Positions 39,916-51,100 of a DNA stretch of 64,000 nt are shown one piece after another; the stretch's first letter is position 1, and each line of letters opens with the position of its first letter. The notes under the pieces were generated by a model. That model was given only the letters and a program-made list of their open reading frames with translations. It made no database searches and had not been told where the DNA came from. The DNA comes from Ostreococcus lucimarinus (Eukaryota). Made by a program: the position numbers and the translations under genes. The stretch lies in NCBI GenBank assembly GCA_000092065.1, contig CP000586.1; one strand, given 5' to 3'.

Positions 39916-40183
39916 CGCGCTCGATCGATCGCGTCTTCAGGGTGTCCCGCCCGTTTGAAAATCACGTTCGTCGCGCGGCGGTTTCGTCGCGCCGTGCGGC
40001 GATGGGCGCTCGCGCGCGGCTCGTGGACGCGCTCAAGGGCGTCGCGCACGACGCGAACGCGCGCGGTGAGGTGTGCGGCGGCGATCGACGCGCGTCGAGC
40101 TCTGGGACACGGATTGGGAGAGATTTCGAACGAACGGGACGTTTTTGCCATCATTAGGCGAAATCTCGATTGCGCGAGCGAAG

Positions 40184-40981
40184 CTACTCGGCGTCTACGA
40201 TGAAGGGCACGCCGTCGGACCTGAACCGAATTCTGTCTTCGCACATCGCGGCGACGACGCGAGGGAATAAGATGTGCTCCTGCGCCAAGACGCGCGCGGC
40301 GACGGCGCTCGCGTCGTCGTCGTCGAAGACGGGGACGACGGTTTGCGCTAAAATTTTACCCTCGTCGAACGCCTCGTTGACGAAATGAATCGTCGGACCG
40401 GTGAATCGAGCGCCCGATGCGACGACGGCTTTGTGAACGTTCTCACCGTGCATGCCCTTGCCGCCGAACGCGGGCAAGAGTGCGGGGTGGATGTTGACCA
40501 TTCGATTTTCGTACGCTCGACAAAGTTCGGGCGGAATCAGTCGTAAATATCCAGCCAACAGCACGAACTCGGCGCCGTGTTCGCGCGTCAGCGCGTCGAC
40601 GAGCGCGTCGGCGGTTAATCCACCCGTTTCGTTCTTCTTCGCTGGATAAATCAACACGGGAATTCCTCGTTCGCGCGCCCACTCGGCGCCGCCGCACGTC
40701 GCCGCGTTGGTCACCACGCACGCCACGCGCCCTCGCACCTCCCCTCGCTCGCACGCGTCGTGTATCGCGCGCATGTTCGACCCACCGCCGCTAACGAATA
40801 CGGCCAAGTTCGCGCGCGCGTCGTCGTCGCGCGCGCTCGACGACGCCGACGCGGAGGCACTGTTACGCGCGCGCAGCTGCCCTCGCGGCGGCTCCGTCGC
40901 GCCACCGTGCGCGCGCCGCACGCCTCTGCGCGCGCTCGCGCGCGCGCGCGCGGGAGCGACGAGATGTGCGCTCGCCGTGGA
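40184..40981 (-). CDS. Phosphoribosylglycinamide formyltransferase (GAR transformylase, PurN-type) with transit peptide
   Basis: LAVFVSGGGSNMRAI, FVLLAGYLRLIPPEL, NIHPALLPAFGGKGMHGENVHKAVVASGARFTGPTIHFVNEAFDEGKILAQ. The ORF extends to 41077; start chosen at MSTASAHL. Confidence 0.8.
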   Translation of the reverse strand, partial: STASAHLVAPARARASARRGVRRAHGGATEPPRGQLRARNSASASASSSARDDDARANLAVFVSGGGSNMRAIHDACERGEVRGRVACVVTNAATCGGAEWARERGIPVLIYPAKKNETGGLTADALVDALTREHGAEFVLLAGYLRLIPPELCRAYENRMVNIHPALLPAFGGKGMHGENVHKAVVASGARFTGPTIHFVNEAFDEGKILAQTVVPVFDDDDASAVAARVLAQEHILFPRVVAAMCEDRIRFRSDGVPFIVDAE

Positions 40982-41083
40982 CATGCCTTCGAGCGCGCCG
41001 AACGCTCGACGCGCGCGACTGTGACGCTCTCGCGCGGCGCGCCGCGCGACTCTTCCTCCGCTTAAACGCGTTCGCATACAGGA

Positions 41084-41665
41084 CTAATCGCTATCGCTAC
41101 TTTCATCGCTATCGACGTACGTGCGCACCCGTCGTCGGTTTCTATTCGCCACGAGCGGCGGTAACCCGTCGTCCGAGCCCTCGTCGTCGTCTTCGTCCGC
41201 CGAGCCGTCGCGCGCCTCGCCGCCGTCCCGAGCCGTCGCGCGCGCCCGCGCCTCGTCCTCCTCCAGCGCTCCCGCGAGCTCGCGCAGCGCGCACCCCGTC
41301 CCGCGTTCTTCGCTCTCGAACGCTTTCGGCCACGTCCCGTCGTCCCTTCGTCGCATCTCCTTCACTTGTTCCGCGTACAGCACCCGCCGCAGCTCGCCCG
41401 TCACCTTGACGTCGTCCCGTCCCTCGAGCTCGCGCGCGTCCACGAACCTCGCCACCACGTGCGTCCCGGCGCGGAACCACGCGAGCTTTTTAAACTTATT
41501 CGGCACGCGCACGAGCGTCGTGCCGCCCGCGTCGTCGTCGCCGCGCTCGACCTCGACCAAGTTGGCGCCGCACACCGCCGTGACGCGGCACACGACGTCG
41601 CCGTCCTCGAGCGTCACCGCGAGCTCGTTCGCGAGCGCGTGCACGTGCTTGCGGCGGTGCGACAT
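41084..41665 (-). CDS. EIF1AD: EIF1AD (eIF1A-domain / haponin)-like OB-fold protein
   Basis: [11 protein letters not shown]...[19 protein letters not shown]...[23 protein letters not shown]...[26 protein letters not shown]...[22 protein letters not shown] is collinear with human EIF1AD (KRKHV..., [32 protein letters not shown]...ESEEE). The upper part of ORF 41084..42505 is antisense to the Rho gene and is rejected. Confidence 0.75.
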   Translation of the reverse strand: MSHRRKHVHALANELAVTLEDGDVVCRVTAVCGANLVEVERGDDDAGGTTLVRVPNKFKKLAWFRAGTHVVARFVDARELEGRDDVKVTGELRRVLYAEQVKEMRRRDDGTWPKAFESEERGTGCALRELAGALEEDEARARATARDGGEARDGSADEDDDEGSDDGLPPLVANRNRRRVRTYVDSDESSDSD

Positions 41666-41932
41666 CACCGCGCGTTCGTCGCCGCGCGCGTCGCGCGCGC
41701 GTCGTCGCGGCGCGCGTCGTCGCGGCGCGTCGCGTCGTCGCGGCGCGCACTGCGGACGACCGCGCGCGCGACACACCGCGACGCGTCGACGCGTCGACGC
41801 GCGCGCGCGAGAGACGCGCGAGAGACGCGCGAACGCGCGACTGTCGACGCGAACGCGCGCGCGCGACGCGGGACGCGCGCGACGGCGGGTCGAGACTGGA
41901 TTGGATTGGCTGGCGTCTCCGCGACTCGATCG

Positions 41933-42508
41933 ATGAGCGCGCACGAGGCCGACCACGTGGCGCTGAAGTGCGTCGTCGTCGGCGACGGTGCGGTCGGGAA
42001 GACGTCCATGCTGATGTGCTACGCGACGAACACGTTCCCGACGGATCACATGCCGACGATTTTTGATAATTACAGTAAAAACGTGCGCGCGAGAGACGGG
42101 CGGACGGTGAGCGTGGGGCTGTGGGACACCGCTGGACAAGATGAGTACGCGGCGTTTCGACCGCTGAGCTATGAGAACGCGGATGCGATGTTGTTGGCGT
42201 TTTCGTGCGATTCTAAGGAGAGCTACGAGAGCGTGGAGACGAAGTGGGCGGAGGAGTTGCGCGCGAAGGCGCCGAAGACGCCCATCGTGTTGGTGTGCAC
42301 CAAGATTGATTTGCGAGACAGTGGGAAAGGGGTCGTGAGTCGCGCGCAGGGAGAGGCATTGGGTGATCGAATCGGCGCGACGGCGTACGTGGAGTGCAGT
42401 GCGCTGACGCAGAATGGATTGCCCGCGGTGTTTGACACCGTCATAGACGTGCACTTGCACCCAGAGCTGTTCGAAAAGTCGAAGCCTGGATGCTGCGTCG
42501 TTCAATAG
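41933..42508 (+). CDS. Rho/Rac-family small GTPase with C-terminal CaaX (CVVQ)
   Basis: [51 protein letters not shown]-terminal KPGCCVVQ. 191 aa. Confidence 0.8.
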   Translation: MSAHEADHVALKCVVVGDGAVGKTSMLMCYATNTFPTDHMPTIFDNYSKNVRARDGRTVSVGLWDTAGQDEYAAFRPLSYENADAMLLAFSCDSKESYESVETKWAEELRAKAPKTPIVLVCTKIDLRDSGKGVVSRAQGEALGDRIGATAYVECSALTQNGLPAVFDTVIDVHLHPELFEKSKPGCCVVQ

Positions 42509-42583
42509 AAGCGATCGCGGGTTAGCATAGCTGTATCTTTGTTCTTCTACTTCTACTTCTACAGTACTTCTACATTTCTAATA

Positions 42584-43627
42584 TCACGACGTTGAGTTGC
42601 GAATGTTCGCCAGGACGTTTAGCTTGACGTCTTCGTCGCAAAACGCAAAATCCATCGCGCGAGTCGACATGTCGCGAATTTCGTCATCCGTCAGCCCGAA
42701 CGTTTCCGCCGCGATGGCATACTCGCGCGATAGCGATGTCTGAAAGACCCACGTGTCGTCAGTGCACAAACAAATCGGGTGTCCCGCGCTTCTCAATTTG
42801 GCAAAGTGATGCTCCGCGAAGCCGGCGCACGAACGCGTCTTCACGTTGGACGTCAAACACAGCTCGACAGGAATCTTACTCGCGAGTAAATCTCGAAGCA
42901 AGCTCTCGTCACGAACAGTGTACACGCAGTGCCCTAATCTGTCAGGGCGAAACGCTATGAATGCTCGTTGTTCAGCCTCCGTATTCGCGACTTCGCCGTT
43001 GTGCAAGCTCGTCCCCAATCCATGCGCCCTCGCCTTTTCGAACGCGGCGACGTATCGATCCCAATGCCCGACCACGGGAGAACCGCTCAAATCCACACCG
43101 ACGACGCCTCTCTCTTTATATTTGATCGCCAAATCGATCGTCTCCATCGCCTTGCTCGCGTCGTCGTCTCGCGCGCGGTCCACGCTAAGAATGATCCTCG
43201 CCGCGAGCTCCCCATCCGCGCCGTCTCCACCGCACCGACCGCACGCGTCCTCCAATCCACTCAACACCGCCTCGACGTAGCGCTCCTTCCCGATCTGTTC
43301 CTTCGGCGTCGTGCGTAGCTCCAAGTATCGCGCTCCGTCCCGCGCAAAGTCTTCGCAGACTTCGCGCGTCACCCGTCGCAGCGCCGCCGCGTCGTCGACG
43401 CACGCGTGCACGAGCTTAAAAATCTCAAAGCACGCGAGGAGATCGCGATCGCTCGCGAGCGCGCGCTCGCACTCGCGCTCGAGCCCCCGCGCTGCCGCGA
43501 GTTCCAGTAGAGTGTCCTCGCGCACGCAACCGTTGACGTGCGCGTGCAGCTCGACGCCGCACCTCGCGCGCGCGAACGCCGCGGCGCGGCGCGCCCGCGC
43601 GTCGTTCTTCGCGTCGTCGCTCCGCAT
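42584..43627 (-). CDS. Adenosine-deaminase-like protein (ADAL / adenosine-AMP deaminase family)
   Basis: ELHAHVNGCVREDTLLEL (metal-binding HxH), SLHNGEVANTEAE, PVELCLTSNV, C-terminal ICLCTDDTWVFQTSLSREY. Confidence 0.75.
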   Translation of the reverse strand: MRSDDAKNDARARRAAAFARARCGVELHAHVNGCVREDTLLELAAARGLERECERALASDRDLLACFEIFKLVHACVDDAAALRRVTREVCEDFARDGARYLELRTTPKEQIGKERYVEAVLSGLEDACGRCGGDGADGELAARIILSVDRARDDDASKAMETIDLAIKYKERGVVGVDLSGSPVVGHWDRYVAAFEKARAHGLGTSLHNGEVANTEAEQRAFIAFRPDRLGHCVYTVRDESLLRDLLASKIPVELCLTSNVKTRSCAGFAEHHFAKLRSAGHPICLCTDDTWVFQTSLSREYAIAAETFGLTDDEIRDMSTRAMDFAFCDEDVKLNVLANIRNSTS

Positions 43628-43708
43628 GCGCGCCGTCGCGCGTCGTCGCGCGCGACACTGCCGCCGCCGCCACTAAACTCCACGCACGCGCGAGCGCGCC
43701 GACGCGTC

Positions 43709-46700
43709 ATGTCGCCCGCCGCGCGCGCGCGCGACGCCGACGACGCCGACGACGCCGACGACGCGTCGCCGCGCGCGTTCAAGCGACACAAGACGGACGA
43801 AGACGCCGTGCTCGCCGCGGGCGGGCGCCGCATCGCGCCCACGGGCGGCGGGCACGGGTGTCTGCACGACGTCGTTCGACCGCGCGGTGACGCGAGCGCG
43901 ATGACGCGAGACGAGGGAAGGATCGAGGTCCCCGAAGTCCCGGCGAAGTCGTACGCGTTCGAGCTGGACACGTTTCAGCAAAAGGCGGTGGAGTGCTTGG
44001 AGCGGGGGGAGTCGGTGCTGGTGAGCGCGCACACGTCGGCGGGGAAGACGGTGGTGGCGGAATACGCGATCGCGATGGCGATACGAGACGGACAGCGCGT
44101 GGTGTACACGTCACCGTTGAAGGCGCTGAGTAATCAAAAGTATCGCGAGCTGAAGGAGGAGTTTGAGGACGTGGGATTGATGACGGGGGACGTGGTGATA
44201 AATCCGAGCGCGTCGTGCCTGGTGATGACGACGGAGGTTTTGCGATCGATGCTGTATCGGGGAGGGGAGGTGATGCGCGAGGTTGGGTGGGTGATTTATG
44301 ATGAGATTCATTACATGCGGGACAGCGAGCGAGGGGTGGTTTGGGAGGAGTCCATCGTGTTGTTGCCGGACATGGTCAAGTACGTGTTTCTATCGGCGAC
44401 GATTCCGAACGCTCGAGAGTTCGCGGAGTGGGTGTGCAAGACGCATAATCAACCGTGTCACATCGTGTACACTGACTTTCGTCCGACGCCGTTGGAGCAT
44501 TACGTCTTCCCGGCGAACGGAGAGGGGATATTTTTAGTCATGGATCGGCAGTCCAAGTTCAGGGACAGCAATTTCGAGCAAGCCGTCACCGTCATCGCCG
44601 ACGGCGGCGGCGCGGCGGCGGCACGCGTGGCCAATCGAGCGCGAGGTGATGATGGAAAAAAGGAGGCAGTTAACCAGGACATCTTTAAAATCATCCGTAT
44701 GGTCGTCGAGCGCAACTACGATCCTGTGATTGTGTTCGCGTTCAACAAACACGAGTGCGAAAAGATGGCTAACTCATTACACAAAGTTGATTTGTGCGAC
44801 GAAGACGAGAAAAAGCTCATCGACACGATTTATTGGAACGCCATGGACTCGTTGTCGGACGAAGACAAACGATTGCCTCAAGTCGCAAATTTGCCAAACC
44901 TTTTACGACGAGGTTTGGGTGTGCACCACTCGGGACTGCTGCCGATTTTGAAGGAGGTGATCGAGATTTTATTCCAGGAAGGCTTGATCAAAGTGCTCTT
45001 CGCCACGGAGACCATGTCGGTGGGACTGAACATGCCGGCTCGCACGGTCGTGTTTTGCTCTCCTCGAAAGTTCGACGGCGCTGGTTTTCGTTGGATCACG
45101 TCTGGCGAGTACATTCAAATGTCTGGTCGAGCCGGTCGTCGCGGCAAGGACGACCGCGGTTTGGTAATCTTGATGATGGATGAGCGTATGGATCCGCCGG
45201 TGGCGAAGAACATGTTACACGGGCAATCTGATACTCTTGATAGCGCATTTCACTTGAACTACGCAATGATTTTGAACCTGATGCGCGTCGAAGGTGCTGA
45301 GCCAGAGTCGCTCATTCAATCGTCGTTTGCGCAATTCCAAAACGATCGCGCGTTGCCGGGTCTGGAGGCGAAGATTGTCGAGATACAGAAGGATCGGGAC
45401 GCGGTGAAGATTCACGACGAAGACAGCGTCGACGAGTATGTCAAGCTCAAAGACGGCCTCGATGCCATGATTCGAGAACGTCGTGTCGTCACCAACACTC
45501 CAACGCACGCGGTGCCGTTTTTGCAGCCTGGTCGATTGGTGCGCGTGTGCACAAAATCGCCGTCGATTTCGTCTACGTATGACGAGGAAGACGATTCGAT
45601 TAGAATTCCCGTACCAGGAACGGAGCCGGGTGAAGAGGACGTCGTTTGGGGCATGATTGTGTCTTTCGAGCGCATCGGTGGCGGTGGAAAATCTGGGAAA
45701 GCGGCGTACGGGGTCGACGTTCTGGTGCGCACGCGCGAGAATAGTGACGGTAAGACTCCGTTATCATCAAAGAGTAAAAACGATAGATACGAGTTTTTGA
45801 ATGCGAACGAGGAGGACGATTCGTCGGAGCCGCGGGTGATTCGAGTGCCCCTCGAGCAGCTCGATGTATTGAGCAGCGTTCGCGTATACTTGCCGAAAGA
45901 CTTGCATCCACGCGAGGCGAGAGATCAGTGCATTAGCAGTGTGGGGGAGGTCATCAAGCGGTTCCCTGATGGCGTGCCGGTTTTGGATGCCACGCGAGAT
46001 CTGAAGATCGATAGTGAAAACTTCTCCAAGCTCTTAAAGCGAATCGACGGCATCAAGTCGATGATGAAGAAGCACCCCGTCGCCTCAAGTGAAAGGCTCG
46101 TCGAACAGCTCTCAGCGCACAAGAGAAAACGTGAGCTCTCCATCGCACTGAAGCAGGCGAAGAAAAACGCAAAGGCTGCCGCTGGACTGATCATGCGCAA
46201 TGAGCTGAAGCAGATGCGTCGCGTGCTCAAACGACTCGGGCACACGAGCGCTGAGGGCGTGGTACAAACGAAGGGAAGAGTGGCGTGCGAACTCGCCTCG
46301 GTCGACGAGCTCGTCACCGCGGAGCTCATCTTCAACGGTATGTTCAAAGAAGTCGATGTTGATATGCTCGTCGCTTTGGTTTCGTGCTTGGTGTGGCGCG
46401 AGAAGTCGCGCAACACACCCAAGCTTAGCGAAGAAACCGCGGAAGTGTTTTCGCGCCTGAAGGATGTTGCGCGCAAAGTCGGGAAACAAATGATGGAGTG
46501 TAGGATGAGCGTGGACGTCGAAGAGTACGTAGAGGGCTTTAGGAGCGAGCTCATGGAAATCATGCTCGCGTGGTGCAAAGGGAATAAATTTGCAGAGATT
46601 ATGAAAATGACAGATTTGTTCGAAGGTTCCATAGTGCGCGCCATTCGGCGTGTCGAGGAGGTTTTGCGCCAACTGTCTGACGCGTGTCGGGTCATAGGCG

Positions 46701-46783
46701 AGACTGAACTTCAAGAAAAGTTCACAATCGCGAGCGAAAAAGTGAAACGCGACATAGTGTTCGTCGCGAGCTTGTTCCTTTAG
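43709..46783 (+). CDS. MTR4: Exosome RNA helicase MTR4 (SKIV2L2-type Ski2-like DExH helicase)
   Basis: FELDTFQQKAVECLERGESVLVSAHTSAGKTVVAEYAI, VIYDEIHYMRDSERGVVWEE, FLSATIPNAREFAEWV, HHSGLLPILKEVIEILFQEGLIKVLFATETMSVGLNMPARTVVF, arch domain and DSHCT C-terminus (GSIVRAIRRVEEVLRQL). Start at ATG 43709 (MSPAARARDADDAD). 1024 aa. Confidence 0.85.
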   Translation: MSPAARARDADDADDADDASPRAFKRHKTDEDAVLAAGGRRIAPTGGGHGCLHDVVRPRGDASAMTRDEGRIEVPEVPAKSYAFELDTFQQKAVECLERGESVLVSAHTSAGKTVVAEYAIAMAIRDGQRVVYTSPLKALSNQKYRELKEEFEDVGLMTGDVVINPSASCLVMTTEVLRSMLYRGGEVMREVGWVIYDEIHYMRDSERGVVWEESIVLLPDMVKYVFLSATIPNAREFAEWVCKTHNQPCHIVYTDFRPTPLEHYVFPANGEGIFLVMDRQSKFRDSNFEQAVTVIADGGGAAAARVANRARGDDGKKEAVNQDIFKIIRMVVERNYDPVIVFAFNKHECEKMANSLHKVDLCDEDEKKLIDTIYWNAMDSLSDEDKRLPQVANLPNLLRRGLGVHHSGLLPILKEVIEILFQEGLIKVLFATETMSVGLNMPARTVVFCSPRKFDGAGFRWITSGEYIQMSGRAGRRGKDDRGLVILMMDERMDPPVAKNMLHGQSDTLDSAFHLNYAMILNLMRVEGAEPESLIQSSFAQFQNDRALPGLEAKIVEIQKDRDAVKIHDEDSVDEYVKLKDGLDAMIRERRVVTNTPTHAVPFLQPGRLVRVCTKSPSISSTYDEEDDSIRIPVPGTEPGEEDVVWGMIVSFERIGGGGKSGKAAYGVDVLVRTRENSDGKTPLSSKSKNDRYEFLNANEEDDSSEPRVIRVPLEQLDVLSSVRVYLPKDLHPREARDQCISSVGEVIKRFPDGVPVLDATRDLKIDSENFSKLLKRIDGIKSMMKKHPVASSERLVEQLSAHKRKRELSIALKQAKKNAKAAAGLIMRNELKQMRRVLKRLGHTSAEGVVQTKGRVACELASVDELVTAELIFNGMFKEVDVDMLVALVSCLVWREKSRNTPKLSEETAEVFSRLKDVARKVGKQMMECRMSVDVEEYVEGFRSELMEIMLAWCKGNKFAEIMKMTDLFEGSIVRAIRRVEEVLRQLSDACRVIGETELQEKFTIASEKVKRDIVFVASLFL

Positions 46784-46953
46784 CGTGGTTGTAACTCACG
46801 CGTACGTAGTGATAGCAAGAATGTCCTTCCGTCTTCTTACAAGAGATAAACTCGGCTTCGTCTAACACGAAACCGCGAAATCCTAGTGAATGCAAACGGC
46901 TCACCACTGCGAGCGCTCGCGCCAACCCCCCATCTAGTCACGATATCGATCGT

Positions 46954-47505
46954 TTAGTTGCTCTTAGAGCCCGATCGAAGGCGCGCCTGTTGCTTGCGCG
47001 TGAGCTTCACCGGCTCCGCCTCGCGCTTGACGGCCTCCACCTTTTCGCTGAGCGTGATCTCAACGTGGCACGGGTTGGACATGTACGGGTTGATGCGACC
47101 GTGCGCACGGTACGTGCGCCGACGCTGCGGGATGGCCTTGTTGCACTGGATGTGCGACACGGACAAGTTCTCAATGTCCAAGCCCTTCGTCTCCGCGTTG
47201 CTCTTGGCGTTGGCGAGCAAACCGAGCACGGCTTCCGCCGCCTTCTTCGGCCAGCGGCCTTGACCGTTCGTCGAACCTTCGTTCTTCGCCTGCGCCGTGC
47301 GACCAACACCACCGCAGAAGCGACGGAAAACGACGCATCGCTTCATCGCGAGGACATCCTTCAAGTATTGCTCCGCGTCCTCGAGCTTCTTACCCTTCAA
47401 CATCATGCACGTCTCGCGCATGTTCTTGAACGAGATGCGAAGGTCCGACGCGCGCGCCTTGCACGACTTTTCGGCATCTTCCGGTTCTCTCGCGTACTTC
47501 ACCAT
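46954..47505 (-). CDS. RPL17: 60S ribosomal protein L17 (uL22)
   Basis: [63 protein letters not shown]...[22 protein letters not shown]...[33 protein letters not shown]. Full-length match to eukaryotic L17. Confidence 0.9.
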   Translation of the reverse strand: MVKYAREPEDAEKSCKARASDLRISFKNMRETCMMLKGKKLEDAEQYLKDVLAMKRCVVFRRFCGGVGRTAQAKNEGSTNGQGRWPKKAAEAVLGLLANAKSNAETKGLDIENLSVSHIQCNKAIPQRRRTYRAHGRINPYMSNPCHVEITLSEKVEAVKREAEPVKLTRKQQARLRSGSKSN

Positions 47506-48116
47506 CTGTTTTTCAACCGCGCGTCCATCGCGTTCGTCGTCAGTCGTCGCGTTCGTCTTCGTCGCCCGATGCCGCTAGGGCTTTCTCAATAGGGTCACCG
47601 CCGCTCGCGCGCGCCTCCAGCGCCGCCATCTCGCGCGCGCCATCTCCCACGACGAACGCGCGCGCTCGATCGTAATCCTTCGCGCGATCCAAGCGCGCGC
47701 GCGTCGTCCACCCCCTTTCGCGCGCGCCGAGCCGCCGCATCGTAAAGCCCCGCGTCGTCGCCGTCGATCACCGCGCGTCGCGCCCTCCGCGCGCGTTCGC
47801 GTCGCCGACCGCGCGCGTCGCCGACCGCGCGCGCCACCGCGCGCGACGCGAATCATCGCGCGTCGCGCTCGCGCGCGTCGTCGCGTCGTCTCGCACCTTC
47901 TCGTCGTCGGCGTCGCGTAAAGGCGGACGGCGCGTCGCGCGCCCTCGACGCCTCGAGGCGCGCGCGGTGTGATTTCACTCAAAACGCACGCACATGGGCT
48001 CGATCGACGTACAAAGCGATGCACGAGTCGCATTCAAAGGAGTGAAAACGCTAAGATTTCGAACCTTTGGGTTTCGAACGTTGGCGGTCGTTCGCCGCAC
48101 TGCGCGACGGCGACGG

Positions 48117-51100
48117 ATGTCCATCTTCGGCGCGCCTTCGACGCCCGTCGCGGGCGCGAGCGCGCTTTTCGCGCCCGCGGTGACGACGCCGGCGAACGTC
48201 GGTGGGACGCCGCGCGCGACGGACGCGAACGGGGACGATGCGCGACGTAAAAGCGACGGATGGTCGCCGGCGTCGCGGTATCAAAATCTGCTCTCGAGCG
48301 TGCGCGCGCTCGAGCACGGACGCGCGAGTGAACGCGATCGAGAGCGCGCGCGGCGGGCGCTGAGGGTGAACGAGACGCGGTTGCGGGAGATGACGTTCTT
48401 TGAGGGACGGAACGCGGGAGACGCCGCGCGAGTGGCGAGCGGGCGGGCGACGCTCAGTCACGGGGGCGAGGCGCGGTTGGGGGAGCTGGACGTCGAACAC
48501 GCGAGCGCGATCGCGGTGGCGTTGGATTTGAATGAAATAGTGAGCGTTGAACTTATGGTGGGGGCGATAGAGCACGGCGCACCTGCGGATGACGTGGTGC
48601 CGGCGGCGATTGGGATTTACATGCGCGAACGCGCCGCGGCGCTCGAGTCGTTGCTGGCGGTGTTGCGATGCGCGGACGGGACGGCGCCGTTGGACGGGGT
48701 GATGGATGAAGAATTGAAAGATTACGCGGACGGTTTGTTGCGCGATGGCGCGCTGTTTGCGCGATTAGTGAAGCTCGTCACCGCGCCGCCGCCGGGTGGA
48801 CCATTTTTAGTCGCGCCGACCGTGCCGACGCAACACGTCGGCGGGCCATTGGCGCTCGCGGGGCAGCAGCAACAGGCGACGACGTCGTCATCATCACAAG
48901 AGCGCTTGCTCGGACCTTTAGACAAGTTAGTAGATATCCGCGGCCGTCCGATCTTACGGCAAGAGTGCGTGGCGCACGAGCGACGACTCGTCGTCGAGTG
49001 CCTGTTCCACTCGGCGCGAGTGTCAACAAGCTTGAGTTCGGAAAATGCGCAAGCACTCTTGGTGTTGGCGGGACGCTCTGCGGAAGCGATGCGAGACCTG
49101 GAGAAGGTTGCGGTGGAAGACATGCCGACGGGTTACGGTACGATTTTTGCCGCGGCTGCGATGTTTACGCCGACGCTATCCGGCGTCGAGGCGGCAGTAC
49201 CGAAGACAGACTTGGCCAAGGCAGTAGCGACAACGATCAACTCCCCGAACGCACCTCCGTTATTTTCATTCGTTCGATTTGCCTGGGCGATCTTAGCGCT
49301 TGATCTCGGTCTAAGCGAAGCCGAGGAGGCCATTAAGGAAAGTCTGAAGAATGACGCGCTCGAAGCCATCGATCTGGTGTTGAAGACTGGAGTTTTCCAA
49401 GACGATCACACTGTCGCGCGGACGCAAAACCTGGAGCTCGTGCACATCATACTTTCGCGATATCTTCATCACAATCTGCGGAAAACATCTTTGCATCGAA
49501 TGCTCACGGATGGTACTGCTGTTAGGGAGCCATTTGTCGAAAACGGGCTCACAATTGAAATCGACGCGGCAAAACCCATGGCGGATGTCTGCTCCGTCTT
49601 TGCCGAGCTGTACAAGCAAGAACCTAAACTCGCAAAGGCATGCGCTGGGTTGAAGAGCTTCCTTGAGATTTCTGGTGATAGCGAGCACTCCGTCGGTTCG
49701 CTCGTCAAGCTTCTCGAGCTTTGCACGACGATAGCTCAAACGAGCGAAGATGCTCGGCGTATTTTTGAGCTCTTACAGCGCAGCCAAGGCGCGGCAAACT
49801 GGGATCGCTTGCTAGGGGCATTAATTGGCTACGTTCAGCGCTTTATGTCGAGCCCCGATGATTTAATCGACGCCGGGGAAGAGTTCGATCCTCGCGAAGG
49901 CGATCCAGAAATGAACGAAGCCGACGCAGAGGGCTTGCGCGCGTATCTCGCCGTGTTCAAGGCGGTGATGGAGAATGCCGAGCGCGCCGAGGCGGCGCAC
50001 TGGCTGATGTGGTTAGAACACAGGATTGGGGCGGCTTTGATGGACGCCTTATTGCAGCTTTACATTAATCCCGTTCCACTGCACCTCAAAGCGGCGCTTC
50101 TCGACGCCATCGGTGCGTTATGCTGGGATCAAAACACCGCGTTTGACGTTTGGCAACTGCTCGACCAGGCTGGCATATTGCCGAACCCTATGCAAACAGG
50201 CTTGTTGCAAACGGCGACTTCGCAGCGTTCGGATGTCTCCTATATATACTCTATGATCGAGACGCACGAGCACAAGTACGAGAGCACCACTGGGTGGCTG
50301 CGATTGATTGGTAAACTTTTAGCGATGACGAGAGACATCGAAAACGGTCCTTGCGCCGATGGTGGTAGCCCATCGTGGTTCCACACTCGGTTCATTCGGG
50401 ATAGGCTTTTGGGGGAGTTGGGTACGCGAGTGCACGTCGACCAAACGGAGCGATGGGTCATGGCGCGCGACTGCGTCGATCACTTGCTCTTCATGTTGCG
50501 TTTGTACGAAGACACCATGATCTCATCCTTCACGGTCGAGGACGTGGATTCGGCGAGTTTGGATGCGCCACTTGCTATTGGTTACGGTGAACCGTCCAGT
50601 GTGCTCGCCCTTCGAAGTGCGGAGCACACGCGAGGCGACGTCGAGCGCCCCAGCACGCCGGGTGCTGATATCCTCACCGACTTTTTGACATCTGGATCAA
50701 CCTGTCAAATGGTGATGAACATTCTCTCCATCGGTGCCGAGTCGCTGAGTTTTGAGCGTCACGCGCGTCACGGTGATGCGTTGGAAGATTGCGTTCTGGG
50801 CGCGTTGCAACTTTTGGATTACATCCTTTCTATCGATCAGCGCGCGGTCGCAAAATTGCGCGCCAAGCACAAGGATGCAGTTTTTTATCGCACTTTAGAT
50901 GAGGTGCTCTCGGCAGACATGACGCAGATGGCGAACATCCTGGGGTACGTTCAGTACAAGTATAACCCGGAGATCACATACACGGCGTTGAAAATATTGC
51001 GCGTGCTCTGTCAACGAGTCGAGCACATCGTTGCGTTGCTTCCACCGGCGTCGCGTGCCGCCATCGTCGAGGGCTGCGCGAGCTGCTTGGAGCTTGCGTT

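Noticed and set aside
41666-42505. Upper part of minus ORF 41084..42505 (473 aa)
   Set aside because: Antisense to the Rho-family GTPase. Only the 41084..41665 segment matches EIF1AD; the true start is the ATG at 41665.
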